Part shown: piece after piece, positions 10,441 through 19,774 of the stretch | Numbering within the stretch: position 1 is the first letter of the stretch | Layout: every line of letters begins with the position of its first letter | NCBI GenBank assembly: GCA_050486485.1 | Contig: JBJHDJ010000001.1 | Location: forward strand, 1-28,251 | Length of the DNA stretch: 28,251 nt | Reading direction: 5' to 3' | Source: Porticoccaceae bacterium | GTDB taxonomy: Bacteria; Pseudomonadota; Gammaproteobacteria; Pseudomonadales; Porticoccaceae | Position numbers and translations under genes: made by a program | Notes under the pieces: generated by a model | What the model saw: the letters and a program-made list of their open reading frames with translations, nothing else | Databases searched by the model: none | What the model was told of the DNA's origin: nothing

Positions 10441-10884
10441 TCATTCCTCCTCGGACTCTTCAGAGTCGTCTTGATCATCGTCTTGGTCAGCTTCTTCCCG
10501 GGCGGCCTTGGCGGCGCGCTCGGCCTCGCGACGCTCGCGACTCTCCTTCTCGGCCCGCTCGGAGCGCTCGGCTTTCATGATCGGCGTCTCATCGGTCTTG
10601 GCCTCGTCGCAATTGATGATCATATTGCGCAGCACCGCGTCGTTGTAGCGGAAGTTGGAGGACAGTTCGTCGACCACATCCTTGCCGCACTCGATGTTGA
10701 GCAGCACATAGTGGGCCTTGTGAATCTTGTCGATGGGATAGGCCAGTTGGCGACGACCCCAATCCTCCAGGCGGTGGATCTTGCCGTTGCCGGCTTCGAC
10801 GATCTTGGAATAACGGTCGATCATCCCCGGAACCTGTTCGCTCTGGTCGGGGTGGACCATGAACACGACTTCATAGTGGCGCAT
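10441..10884 (-). CDS. rpsF: 30S ribosomal protein S6
   Basis: [18 protein letters not shown]...[12 protein letters not shown]...KAHYVLLN, acidic tail ending in EEE. Confidence 0.98.
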   Translation of the reverse strand: MRHYEVVFMVHPDQSEQVPGMIDRYSKIVEAGNGKIHRLEDWGRRQLAYPIDKIHKAHYVLLNIECGKDVVDELSSNFRYNDAVLRNMIINCDEAKTDETPIMKAERSERAEKESRERREAERAAKAAREEADQDDDQDDSEESEEE

Positions 10885-10888
10885 TGGA

Positions 10889-10935
10889 CCTCCTTACGGG
10901 TAGTAGCCACCCGCCGGTTGCGGTGTGGCAAGGAG
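10889..10935 (-). promoter_or_regulatory. S6:S18 ribosomal protein leader (rpsF 5' UTR autoregulatory RNA)
   Basis: Minus strand CTCCTT-[GCCAC A CCGC AACCG GCGG GTGGC]-TACTACCCGT-AAGGAG: the outer stem sequesters the SD and the internal loop carries CCG, as described for S6:S18 leaders. Confidence 0.7.
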
Positions 10936-10968
10936 CCGGGGGATTACCCCGGGGTTAAAAGGTGGCGG

Positions 10969-10997
10969 ATTTTAGGCGAACCCACCGGGCGATGCAA
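10969..10997 (-). promoter_or_regulatory. Putative sigma70 promoter for the rpsF operon
   Basis: Minus strand TTGCAT-N17-TAAAAT followed by a GC-rich discriminator (CCGCCACC). Confidence 0.6.
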
Positions 10998-11013
10998 GCA
11001 GACTGTCTCTCCA

Positions 11014-11194
11014 GGTAGTGTCTCAGTTTGAAACCTGGTGATGGTGGTGGGGGTGTGGTGTCGGTATTGGGGGGCGTCTGGCAACAGGACGTTGCCAGCC
11101 GAGCCTGTACAGGGATGTACGCATGTTGGCGTACCCCCAATACCGACACCACATCCCCACGCCCCTACAGGGGAGTTTCAAACTGAGACACTAC
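11014..11194. mobile_element. 181-bp non-autonomous palindromic element (MITE or REPIN)
   Basis: Perfect 21-bp terminal inverted repeat GGTAGTGTCTCAGTTTGAAAC; inner 27-bp inverted arms 11047-11073/11134-11160 (26/27 match); flanks TCTCTCCA/GTTCTCCA (6/8 match); no coding capacity recognised. Confidence 0.8.
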
Positions 11195-11353
11195 CGTTCT
11201 CCAGCGGAGTGTACTCCTGGGGACCTCCTGCTCAGGGCCGTGTCGATTATCCAGCGGTCATCTCCCGAACGCCCCCGATTCAGCACTCCCACTGTTCCAT
11301 CCCGGAGCCTTGGCGTTACAATCACCTGGCCCCATCCAGTCGAAGCCCTTGCC

Positions 11354-11533
11354 ATGAAAACAACAACCATCGCCACTTGCTGTTCCGCTGTGCTGGCCCT
11401 GTTGCTGATCGCCGCTTGCGCCCCCGAAGTGGGTAGCGACAAATGGTGTGAAGCGATGAAGGAAAAGTCTTCCGGTGACTGGACGGTCAACGAAGCCGCC
11501 GACTTCGCCCGCTTCTGCATTCTACCGGACTGA
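11354..11533 (+). CDS. DUF3012-family small lipoprotein
   Basis: Lipobox-like LIAA-C followed by APEVGSDKWCEAMKEKSSGDWTVNEAADFARFC, characteristic of DUF3012. Confidence 0.8.
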   Translation: MKTTTIATCCSAVLALLLIAACAPEVGSDKWCEAMKEKSSGDWTVNEAADFARFCILPD

Positions 11534-11542
11534 CTCGGGATT

Positions 11543-12202
11543 TCAGCTCCGGTCCCGGCGGGCCAGGCGTCGCTCCTTGAGGCGATGCCGCCGCGCCTGC
11601 AACTTGACCCGCTGCCGAGCCAGGGACTCACGGGCCTGCCGCGACAGGGTGCGAGCGTGGAACAGGGTCGGCACATTGTAGTGGTTGCGGGAAAGGGTCA
11701 GCACGATGAGCAGCCCCTCCAGGGCCACCCAGGCATGGAACAGCACCACAGCCCTGAACAATTGGGAGTAATCCGCCAGCGTCAGCAGGAAGTAGGCTGG
11801 CGCCAGCAACAGCGCCGCCAGCTTGGCGGCCCAGGTGTGGTAACTGGGCATTTCGCCGAACTTGATCAGGCTGGCGCTGGTGGGAAGCAGGTAAAAGGCG
11901 ATTCCCAGGGCGATGAACCCCAGTTCGCGGCGGAACACCTCCGGCCAGGCCAGGTACAGGCCAAGGAACATCACGCTGTAGGTGAGAAAATCCCCCCAAC
12001 TGTCCAGCTTGGCGCCGAAGTCCGACTGCTGATTGAGCCAGCGCGCGAAAAAACCGTCGAGGGCGTCGGACACCATGCACACCGCCAGCAGGGCGAGGAA
12101 CAGGTGCTGCTGTTGTTGCCAGGCACACACCAGCAACACCGGCGCCAGCACGATGCGCAGGCCACTGAGCAGATTGGGGATGGTAAGCAGACTTCTCGAC
12201 AT
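11543..12202 (-). CDS. CDP-alcohol phosphatidyltransferase family protein
   Basis: TIPNLLSGLR and signature DALDGFFARWLNQQSDFGAKLDSWGD; start at ATG 12202. Confidence 0.88.
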   Translation of the reverse strand: MSRSLLTIPNLLSGLRIVLAPVLLVCAWQQQQHLFLALLAVCMVSDALDGFFARWLNQQSDFGAKLDSWGDFLTYSVMFLGLYLAWPEVFRRELGFIALGIAFYLLPTSASLIKFGEMPSYHTWAAKLAALLLAPAYFLLTLADYSQLFRAVVLFHAWVALEGLLIVLTLSRNHYNVPTLFHARTLSRQARESLARQRVKLQARRHRLKERRLARRDRS

Positions 12203-12234
12203 ACCGCCCCCAGCTCCCCCCATGGACGCGGAAC

Positions 12235-12999
12235 TCACGCGCCGCTCCGCTGGCGCACCGCCTCGTAGAGACAGACCCCCGCCGCCACGGACACATTGAG
12301 GCTGCTCACCGAGCCGGTCATGGGCAGTTTCACCAGGCCGTCGCAGGTCTCCCGGGTGAGACGACGCAGACCCTTGTCCTCGGCGCCCATCACCAGCACC
12401 AATGGCCCCTTCAAATCCGCCTGATAGAGGGTCTGCTCGGCCTCGCCCGCGGTGCCAATCACCCACAGCCCCGCTTCCTGCAGTTGCCTGAGGGTGCGCG
12501 CCAGGTTGGTCACCACCACGAAGGGCACGGTCTCGGCGGCGCCGCTGGCCACCTTGCGCACCGTGGCGGTGATGCCAGCGGAATTGTCCTTGGGGGCCAC
12601 CACCACATCCACGCCGACGGCGTCGGCGGTGCGCAGGCAGGCGCCCAGGTTGTGGGGATCGGTGATACCGTCCAGCACCAGCACCAGCGGCGGGTGATCC
12701 AGCGCCGCCAGATGCTGGAACAGAAAGTGCTCGTCCCGCACCTCGCCGCTTTCACAGAGCGCCACCACCCCCTGGTGGTTGCCGGGAGCCAGGGCCTCCA
12801 GTTCATCGCGGGTGGCATGGACCAGCGGGATCTGGTGCTGCTCGGCGAGACTGCGCAGCTTACCGAGGCGCTGGTCATGGCGGGCGCGCAGCAGATGCAA
12901 CGCCTTCACCCGGCCCGGTTCGGTCTTGAGCAGGGCCTGAACGGCGTGCAGGCCATAGACCCACTCACGGCCGCGATCCCCTGATTCCTTGCCGTGCAT
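12235..12999 (-). CDS. rlmB: 23S rRNA (Gm2251) 2'-O-methyltransferase
   Basis: VYGLHAV, NHQGV, LDGITDPHNLGACLRTADA, VMGAEDKGLRRLT, SLNVSVA; directly downstream of rnr. Confidence 0.95.
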   Translation of the reverse strand: MHGKESGDRGREWVYGLHAVQALLKTEPGRVKALHLLRARHDQRLGKLRSLAEQHQIPLVHATRDELEALAPGNHQGVVALCESGEVRDEHFLFQHLAALDHPPLVLVLDGITDPHNLGACLRTADAVGVDVVVAPKDNSAGITATVRKVASGAAETVPFVVVTNLARTLRQLQEAGLWVIGTAGEAEQTLYQADLKGPLVLVMGAEDKGLRRLTRETCDGLVKLPMTGSVSSLNVSVAAGVCLYEAVRQRSGA

Positions 13000-13004
13000 G
13001 TCGC

Positions 13005-15503
13005 TTACCGCTTTCCGCGGCGACCGGTTCTGCCGCCTGATTTGCCGGAAGGCTTGTCACCCTTGCCGGGAGAGGCGTTCTTGGCGCCTTTGTCGCCATC
13101 GCGGGATTTGGCTCCGGCTCGATTGCCCCGCGCCGATTCCTTGCCGGCCTTGCTCCCCGCGGCTTCATCGTTTCTAGTACGGGAGGATTTGCGGCCAGCG
13201 CCGCGCCGGGTTGACGAGGGCGTGCCATCCGACGAGGTTTGGCGGCCCTTCCCTGATTTGCGGCCGCTGTCCTCCAGCAATTCGAAATCCACCTTGCGCT
13301 CTTCCAGATCCACCCGTGTCACCCGCACATGGACTCGATCACCGAGACGGAACACCCGTCTGGTGCGCTCTCCCACCAGGCGGTGGTGGGCAGCCTCGAA
13401 GTAGTAATAGTCCTTGGGCAGGCCGGTAATGTGGATCAGCCCCTCCACGAACAGGTCGTCCAGCTCCACGAACAGGCCGAACCCCACCACCGAGGAGACC
13501 ACACCGGTGAACTCGTCCCCCACCTTGTCCAGCAGGTATTCACACTTGAGCCAGGTCTCCACATCCCGGGTGGCCTCGTCGGCGCGGCGCTCGGTGAGGG
13601 AGGCGTGCTCGCCGGCCTTGTCCATCCAGGCACTGTCATAGGGGTAGGACTCCGCCGCCGCCATGGGTCTGGCGCCATCGGCGCGCAGCAAGTGACGGCT
13701 GCGCTTGTTGCCCCGCAGCAAACCGCGGATGGCGCGGTGCACCAGCAAATCGGGATAACGGCGGATCGGGGAGGTGAAATGGGTATAGGCTTCGTAATTG
13801 AGGCCGAAGTGACCATCGTTGTCAGGCCGGTACTCGGCGCGACTCATGGAGCGCAACATCACCTGCTGGATGACATGGGCATCGGGACGACCAGCCACCT
13901 GCTCCAGCACCTTCTGGTAGTCCATCGGGGTGGGCGAGCCGCCACCGCCGAGACCCAGCCCCAGCTCCGCGAGAAACTCCCGCAGGCGTTCCAGCTTTTC
14001 CTCCGGCGGACCTTCGTGGACACGGTACAGCACCGGCACCTTGCATTTCTGCAACAGCGTGGCGGCGCAGACATTGGCCGCCAACATGCACTCCTCGATC
14101 AGCATGTGGGCCTGGGTGCGCTGCTGGGGGATGATCTGCTGGATCTTGCGGTGCTCGTCGAACAGGATGCGGGTCTCGGTGGTCTCGAAGTCGATGGCGC
14201 CGCGCTCCTCGCGGGCGGCCCGCAGCACCCGGTAGAGGTCGTGGAGGTGATCGACGCGCTCCACCACATGGCGGAAGCGGCGGCGAATGTCGCTGTCCGG
14301 ATCGTCCCGCTGGGCAATCATGCCCGCCACCTGGGTATAGGTGAGACGGGCGCGGGAGTGCATCACCGCCTCGAAAAACTGGAAGTCCTTGACCTCCCCA
14401 TCCGGCAGCACGGTCATTTCGCACACCATGCACAGGCGATCCACCTCCGGGTTGAGGGAGCACAGACCGTTGGAGAGCTTCTCCGGCAGCATGGGCACCA
14501 CCTGGCCGGGGAAATACACCGAGGTGCCCCGCTGCCAGGCCTCGTCGTCAAGCGCCGAGCCGGGCCGCACATAGTGGGACACATCGGCGATGGCCACCAA
14601 CAGCCGCCAGCCACCCTTCCTGCGGCGCCAGCCGCCCTTCTTCAGGGGTTCGCAGTACACCGCGTCGTCGAAGTCCCTGGCGTCCTCGCCGTCGATGGTG
14701 ACGAAGTGCAGATCCCGCAGATCGATGCGGTTGGCCTTGTCCGATTCCCTCACCTCGGCGGGGATGGCCTTCAGCTCCGCCGCCATGCCCTTGGGCCACT
14801 CGTGGGGGATATTGTAGTTGTGCAGGCTGAGTTGGATTTCCATGCCGGGGGCGCGGTGCTCCCCCAGTACCTGGACAATGCGACCCACCGGCAGGTGCTG
14901 GCGAGACGGCTGGCTGGTAATGGCCACCAGCACCATCTGGCCGCTTTTCGCGCCTCCGTCCTGATCCGGGGGAACGATGATGTCCTGGCTGATGCGCGGG
15001 TTGTCGGGGCGCACGAAGTACACACCGCTCTCGACGAAATAGCGCCCCACCAGCTTGCTGGTGTTGTGGGATACCACCTCGACGATACTACCTTCCGGTC
15101 GGCCGCGCTGATCGTGGCCGGCGATGCGCACCAGTACCTCGTCGCCGTCGAACACCCGGCGCATCTGGCGGCTGGTCAGATAGACATCCTGGGGCTCGCC
15201 GGTGACCACGAAGCCAAAGCCATCTGGATGGCCCACCACGCGCCCCTTGAGCAGGCTCATCTTGTCGAGGGTGCCGTAGCCGCCACGGCGGTTGCTGACC
15301 AGTTGGCCGTCCCGCACCATGGCGCCGAGACGGCGGCGCAGGGCCTCGACGCCATCGGCATCGGCGATGCCCAGGGCCTCGCACAGTTCTTCGTGGGTGA
15401 GGGGACCGACACTGCCGCGCAGCAGGTCGAGGATGAATTCACGACTGGGAATGGGTTTGTCGTACTTTTCCGCCTCGCGGGAAGCGTGGGGATCCGCGGG
15501 CAT
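13005..15503 (-). CDS. rnr: Ribonuclease R
   Basis: CSD (GHPDGFGF), RNB catalytic TIDGEDARDFDDA, HFTSPIRRYPDL, S1 domain, basic C-terminal tail; start placed at ATG 15503 (MPADPHASREAEKY). Confidence 0.96.
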   Translation of the reverse strand: MPADPHASREAEKYDKPIPSREFILDLLRGSVGPLTHEELCEALGIADADGVEALRRRLGAMVRDGQLVSNRRGGYGTLDKMSLLKGRVVGHPDGFGFVVTGEPQDVYLTSRQMRRVFDGDEVLVRIAGHDQRGRPEGSIVEVVSHNTSKLVGRYFVESGVYFVRPDNPRISQDIIVPPDQDGGAKSGQMVLVAITSQPSRQHLPVGRIVQVLGEHRAPGMEIQLSLHNYNIPHEWPKGMAAELKAIPAEVRESDKANRIDLRDLHFVTIDGEDARDFDDAVYCEPLKKGGWRRRKGGWRLLVAIADVSHYVRPGSALDDEAWQRGTSVYFPGQVVPMLPEKLSNGLCSLNPEVDRLCMVCEMTVLPDGEVKDFQFFEAVMHSRARLTYTQVAGMIAQRDDPDSDIRRRFRHVVERVDHLHDLYRVLRAAREERGAIDFETTETRILFDEHRKIQQIIPQQRTQAHMLIEECMLAANVCAATLLQKCKVPVLYRVHEGPPEEKLERLREFLAELGLGLGGGGSPTPMDYQKVLEQVAGRPDAHVIQQVMLRSMSRAEYRPDNDGHFGLNYEAYTHFTSPIRRYPDLLVHRAIRGLLRGNKRSRHLLRADGARPMAAAESYPYDSAWMDKAGEHASLTERRADEATRDVETWLKCEYLLDKVGDEFTGVVSSVVGFGLFVELDDLFVEGLIHITGLPKDYYYFEAAHHRLVGERTRRVFRLGDRVHVRVTRVDLEERKVDFELLEDSGRKSGKGRQTSSDGTPSSTRRGAGRKSSRTRNDEAAGSKAGKESARGNRAGAKSRDGDKGAKNASPGKGDKPSGKSGGRTGRRGKR

Positions 15504-15577
15504 GGAGGGTTTTTTCAAGGAATTCTCTCGGTTATCTGAATGTGCGCCAAGGTTACCAGATTTTTTGGCATTGAGAA

Positions 15578-15606
15578 TTGACAATCCCCGGGGCGCTGAG
15601 TAAAGT
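15578..15606 (+). promoter_or_regulatory. sigma70 promoter for tRNA-Leu
   Basis: TTGACA-N17-TAAAGT followed by the GC-rich discriminator GCGCGCC, typical of stable-RNA promoters. Confidence 0.75.
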
Positions 15607-15640
15607 GCGCGCCTCGACGGGAGCAACTGCCCCCATCGAT

Positions 15641-15727
15641 GCCCAGATGGCGGAACTGGTAGACGCGCTAGCTTCAGGTGCTAGTGACCGCAAGGTCGTG
15701 GAGGTTCAAGTCCTCTTCTGGGCACCA
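15641..15727 (+). tRNA. tRNA-Leu(CAG)
   Basis: GCCCAGA acceptor stem pairing with TCTGGGC, D-loop GGTAGAC, anticodon arm CTAGC-TTCAGGT-GCTAG, long variable arm, GGTTCAAGTCC T-arm, encoded CCA. Confidence 0.97.
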
Positions 15728-15760
15728 TTTCAAGGTTCCAACAGATCCATAGAAATCTCT

Positions 15761-15786
15761 AAAACCCGGTTTTTACCGGGTTTTTT
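15761..15786 (+). terminator. Intrinsic terminator after tRNA-Leu (possibly bidirectional)
   Basis: AAAACCCGGT-TTTT-ACCGGGTTTT-TT. Confidence 0.75.
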
Positions 15787-15844
15787 GCTTTCCGGCTCCT
15801 GTTTCGCCCAGATGGATTCCTACACTCCCTGTATCGACAAGGCA

Positions 15845-15869
15845 GCGCTGAGCCGGCCCGGCTCAGCGC
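15845..15869 (-). terminator. Hairpin just downstream of the SnoaL gene
   Basis: 11-bp perfect stem GCGCTGAGCCG-gcc-CGGCTCAGCGC; weak U-tract. Confidence 0.35.
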
Positions 15870-15879
15870 GGGACTGGTC

Positions 15880-16314
15880 TCAGTTGGCCGTGGCGCTGTC
15901 CCGCTGGGCCTCGACATCGGCCAGCAGTGGCAGGATCTTGGCGTCGGCGAGGATGGTGCAGTAGTACTCGTTGACCACCTTGATCAGGCCATTCTCGAAC
16001 GTGAACACCATGCAGTACTGATTGCAGTAGCGCTCGCCGTTGGAGAGGGTCGCGTTGCCTTCGAATTCCACCGCCACGCGATCGCCTTCCGCGGTGGTGG
16101 TCAGGATTTTTGGCTGCAAGCCCGTCGGAATGGTGTCCTTGAATGCCGCGGTGGTGGCGAGGATGAGATCCCGAGGACGCGGGCCGGAAAGCTGGCCAAA
16201 GCCCTTGGCGATGGTTACCGCGTCGGGGGCCAGGCAGGTCTCCGCCGTCACGGCATCCCCGTCGCTGAAAGCCTCGATAAACTTGATGGCAACCGCCTTG
16301 TTGTGCTCACTCAT
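15880..16314 (-). CDS. SnoaL-like / NTF2-fold (ketosteroid isomerase-like) protein
   Basis: NKAVAIKFIEAF, TAEGDRVAVEFEG, YCNQYCMVFTFENGLIKVVNEYYCT; SD AGGAG. Confidence 0.82.
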   Translation of the reverse strand: MSEHNKAVAIKFIEAFSDGDAVTAETCLAPDAVTIAKGFGQLSGPRPRDLILATTAAFKDTIPTGLQPKILTTTAEGDRVAVEFEGNATLSNGERYCNQYCMVFTFENGLIKVVNEYYCTILADAKILPLLADVEAQRDSATAN

Positions 16315-16392
16315 GAGGGTACGCTCCTGGTTTTTCGTTTATAGAAGTAACTGTTCGTTTGCCGCGTGAAAAGCGGCGTCAATCTGGCGCCG

Positions 16393-17613
16393 TCAGCCCG
16401 CGCCTTGCCCGTCGAAGGCGATGGGTAGGCTGTCGAGCCCCCAGGCGCCCATGAAGGGCCGCCAGGTGAGCTCGCCCGCCAGCCGCGGATTGCCGATGCG
16501 GCGGGCGATGAGGTGAAGCCCTTCCTCCAACTGATTGCGGGCGATGAACTGACCGATGCACATGTGCACACCGCGACCGAATCCCAGGTGGCGGTTGGCG
16601 CGGTCCCGTTCCGGATCGAACCTGTGGGGGTCGGGAAACGCCGCCGGGTCCCGTCCCGCCAGCGGAAACGCCAGGGCAATGAGGGCGCCTTCCGGAAACC
16701 GCACGCCATCGTATTCGAAAGTCTTGGCGACTTGGCGAAAGGGGGTGGCGATGGCGCCAAAGCGCAGCATCTCCTCCACCACCTGACGGCAAAAAGCCAT
16801 GTCCTCGGCACAGCGCTGGTACATCTCCGGCTGCTGCAACAGGGTGTGCATGGTCATGCCCAGCAGGTTTTTCGATGTGTCGTAACCCGCCAGCAGGAAG
16901 GTGAGCAACATGAAGCGCAATTCAATGTCGCTGAGTTGACCGGCATTGCGGGCGGCAATCATGGCATCCAGTTCTGATTCGCCGTTGCCGGCCCCCGCTT
17001 TTTCCCTGTCGATGACGAGTTCGTCGGCGAAGGTCCACAGCACATCAAAGGCCGCCAGGATATCCGGTTTGAGAGCGGGATTGAAGGTGAGGGATGACAT
17101 CTGGGTTTCGAGGGCCGAGCGCACCCGGGGGATGGACTCGGCGGACACCCCGAGCAGCCCGCACATCACCGCAATGGGAAAATGGGCGGCAAACTCGGCA
17201 AAATCGAACTCGCCGCGGGGCACCCATTCGTCGAGCAGGTCGCCGATCACGGTACGCATCAGCGGTCGGATCTCGTTGGCCCGCCGCGGCGTGAACCCCG
17301 CCGCCACGCTGTCCCGCAGGCGTTTGTGGGTGTCGCCGGTGGTGGAGATCAGCATTTCATCCATGAAGCGGCCCCACAGAGAGTCCTGGGCCCCGTAGAA
17401 CTCGACGATGCCGAAAAATCCCGGGCGCAACTCGTCGTCCATCGTCGCCAGGTCCCTGGCGGCCTGGTAGCCGTGGACGATGTAGCCGGCGTCGAAGGTG
17501 GCCAGCCAGGGATGGACTCGGCGGGCCTCGTCGACGAAGTGGAAGGGGTCGCGGTGAAAGGCGGGCAGTTCCACCGGCAACCGGGGAATGGTCAAGTCAT
17601 CGAGCATTGGCAT
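16393..17613 (-). CDS. Cytochrome P450
   Basis: I-helix LLAGYDTS, ExxR (EEMLR), heme-binding [10 protein letters not shown]. Confidence 0.95.
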   Translation of the reverse strand: MPMLDDLTIPRLPVELPAFHRDPFHFVDEARRVHPWLATFDAGYIVHGYQAARDLATMDDELRPGFFGIVEFYGAQDSLWGRFMDEMLISTTGDTHKRLRDSVAAGFTPRRANEIRPLMRTVIGDLLDEWVPRGEFDFAEFAAHFPIAVMCGLLGVSAESIPRVRSALETQMSSLTFNPALKPDILAAFDVLWTFADELVIDREKAGAGNGESELDAMIAARNAGQLSDIELRFMLLTFLLAGYDTSKNLLGMTMHTLLQQPEMYQRCAEDMAFCRQVVEEMLRFGAIATPFRQVAKTFEYDGVRFPEGALIALAFPLAGRDPAAFPDPHRFDPERDRANRHLGFGRGVHMCIGQFIARNQLEEGLHLIARRIGNPRLAGELTWRPFMGAWGLDSLPIAFDGQGAG

Positions 17614-19774
17614 TGGCCTGCTCCCTGGGGGATAGCTTGTTGATGGTGACGGGTACCGCCGACATGCGCGGCATGGCGTTGATCGGCTCCACCTCCTGGT
17701 CGCAGCTTATCAGAGCGTTGACATTCACGCCCGGGGCCCCGTCGCCCAGCAATCCCCCCCAGCAGTGGCTGATGGAGACCACCCCCCGGCGCAGTTTGCG
17801 GTCCGGTTGGACGACGGCTTCCATGCGGCCCCGCTGCGAGGTAATTTCGACAAGGTCGCCGGCTTGCAGGCCCAGGACCCGAAGTTCCTCCGGGTTCAAG
17901 TAGGCCGGGTTGCCGGGATGGCGCTTGAGGGTTGCGCTCAATTGGTTGCCGAGGGAGTTCATGACATCGCCATTGCGCCTGGAGGTCAGCAGGTGGGTAA
18001 AGCCCTCTCCAGCGCCGGGCTGCCGCCACGACTTCGAGCGCCACAGCCGCTCCATTTCCCCCGCCACATCCGCCGGCATCACATCGAACCTGTCCTCGGC
18101 GCCGGCGACGGCGGGTTGCACGATGGCGTGGGGTGGCTGGTAAATCTTGCCAGAGGGGTGGCGCCGGGTATCCTCCACCAGTTGCTCGAAGGTGATCGAG
18201 GAATCGGCCATGCGCATCGACAGCAATTGCTCGGTGGTGGGCGGTGTTTCCCTATCCAGCCTGTGGCCAAAAAAATCCAGCTCCAGCCCCAGTCGTTTCG
18301 CCAGCCCCCAGTAGAGGTACCAGTCGTCGATCAGGTCGGAGTCCGCCGGCGGCGCGAGTACCGGCTCGGTGTACATGGCCCAGCTTTTGGTGAGCACGGA
18401 CAACCCTCCGTAGCTCCACGGTATGTCCGGCCGCTCGTACATCATCAGCGGTGGCAGCACGAAGTCCGCGAGCTTGCCGGTGGCGGTCAGGTACGGATCC
18501 ACCACCACCAGCAATTCCAGAGCACGCAGGGCCTCGGTGATTTTTTCCTGGTCGGGGACGCAGATCGCAGGGTTGGCCCCCTGCACGAACATGGCGCGGA
18601 TCTGGCCCTCCCCCGGGGTGAGGATCTCCTCCGCCAGGGTACTGGTGAGCCGGTCCACACCGAGGCGACCCACGCCGCGGATACGACTGGGGGGCAGGGA
18701 TTCCCAGGAACGCGGGGGCGGAATCACCTGGGCATGAAAGGTCATTTTTGGCGCCACCATGTCCACCACGGCCCTGTCCCCCGCGCGGCGGAAACGGCCG
18801 CAGAGAATATTGAGGGTGTCCACCAGATGCTGGGTCAGGTTGGAAAATGGCGCCATGCTGGGACCGGTGGCGGTGAAGGCCGCGCCGGATTTGCTGTCAC
18901 GGGCGAACAGCTTCGCCGCCGCGCGTATCTGCCCGGGTGCCAGGTCCGCTCCCCACTCCACCTGCTGGTCGGCAAAGGGCTCCACGGCCTGTCGCAGATC
19001 GGCGATGCGCTCCGCGCCCACATGTCGCGCGACGAATTCCCGATCTTCCCAGCCCTCCCGCAGGATGATGCGAATCATCGCCGCGGCGATGGCGGCATCG
19101 CGCCCCGGCAGGGGCTGCAGGAACAGGTCGGCATGGTGGGCGGTTTCCGTGCGACGCGGATCGATGCAGATCAGCTTCAGGCCACGGGCCTTGGCTTTTT
19201 TCAGGATGCGGGATGGATCCGGGCTGAACACCGGCATGGTGGAATGGGAAATCAACGGATTGGAGCCAAACAGCAGGATCACCTCGGACTGGTCGATATC
19301 CTGCAACCCGGCCCCCCAGCCACCCTGGCGCTCGAAGCTCACCGCCTTGGCGGACTGGTCGATGGTGTTGACGGTGAAGTATTGCCGCGAGCCGATGGCC
19401 TCGAGGAAGGCATCCTGCATGTGGTTGGTGGCCACATGGGTACCGGCGGTGCCCTTGAAGCCCGCCACCGCCTCACCGCCGTGGCGCTTGAGAATAGGTT
19501 CCAGCCTTGCGGCAATTTCGTTCAGGGCCTGTTCGCTGTCGATCTCCGCAAAGCTGCCATCCCGTTGCCTTTTCAGCGGCCTTAGCAGGCGGGCCGGCCC
19601 GTGGTGGGCCTCCTCCGCCTGCAACCCCTTGAAACAGACATAGCCGTTGGACATGGGGCTGTCCTTGTCCCCGCGGATCTTGACGATGCGGTTGTGCTCC
19701 TCGTCCACCGTCAGCACCACCCCGCAGAGGGCGGTGCAGATGCGACAGTAACTGCGTTTTTCCCTGATTGCCAT
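17597..19774 (-). CDS. Molybdopterin (bis-PGD) oxidoreductase, DMSO-reductase/FdhF-like superfamily, single subunit
   Basis: N-terminal Cx2Cx3Cx29C-x-K [4Fe-4S] motif, [43 protein letters not shown]-terminal molydopterin-binding domain; no Tat signal; start ATG 19774. Confidence 0.92.
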   Translation of the reverse strand: MAIREKRSYCRICTALCGVVLTVDEEHNRIVKIRGDKDSPMSNGYVCFKGLQAEEAHHGPARLLRPLKRQRDGSFAEIDSEQALNEIAARLEPILKRHGGEAVAGFKGTAGTHVATNHMQDAFLEAIGSRQYFTVNTIDQSAKAVSFERQGGWGAGLQDIDQSEVILLFGSNPLISHSTMPVFSPDPSRILKKAKARGLKLICIDPRRTETAHHADLFLQPLPGRDAAIAAAMIRIILREGWEDREFVARHVGAERIADLRQAVEPFADQQVEWGADLAPGQIRAAAKLFARDSKSGAAFTATGPSMAPFSNLTQHLVDTLNILCGRFRRAGDRAVVDMVAPKMTFHAQVIPPPRSWESLPPSRIRGVGRLGVDRLTSTLAEEILTPGEGQIRAMFVQGANPAICVPDQEKITEALRALELLVVVDPYLTATGKLADFVLPPLMMYERPDIPWSYGGLSVLTKSWAMYTEPVLAPPADSDLIDDWYLYWGLAKRLGLELDFFGHRLDRETPPTTEQLLSMRMADSSITFEQLVEDTRRHPSGKIYQPPHAIVQPAVAGAEDRFDVMPADVAGEMERLWRSKSWRQPGAGEGFTHLLTSRRNGDVMNSLGNQLSATLKRHPGNPAYLNPEELRVLGLQAGDLVEITSQRGRMEAVVQPDRKLRRGVVSISHCWGGLLGDGAPGVNVNALISCDQEVEPINAMPRMSAVPVTINKLSPREQANANAR

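Noticed and set aside
10208-10884. Absence of priB between rpsF and rpsR
   Set aside because: Normal for Pseudomonadales/Cellvibrionales-type operons.
15806-15815. GCCCAGATGG, identical to the first 10 nt of tRNA-Leu, as an att site
   Set aside because: Only 10 bp, matches the 5' end rather than the usual 3' half, lies only about 80 bp after the tRNA 3' end, and no integrase is present; compatible with chance.
16320-16392. AACAGTT as a KstR-type steroid regulon operator upstream of the SnoaL gene
   Set aside because: The KstR consensus needs AAC-N2-GTT; the spacing here is one base.
17597-19774. Annotation as formate dehydrogenase or nitrate reductase
   Set aside because: No Cys/Sec-His pair at the ligand position, no Tat signal and no partner subunits; only a superfamily-level call is supported.
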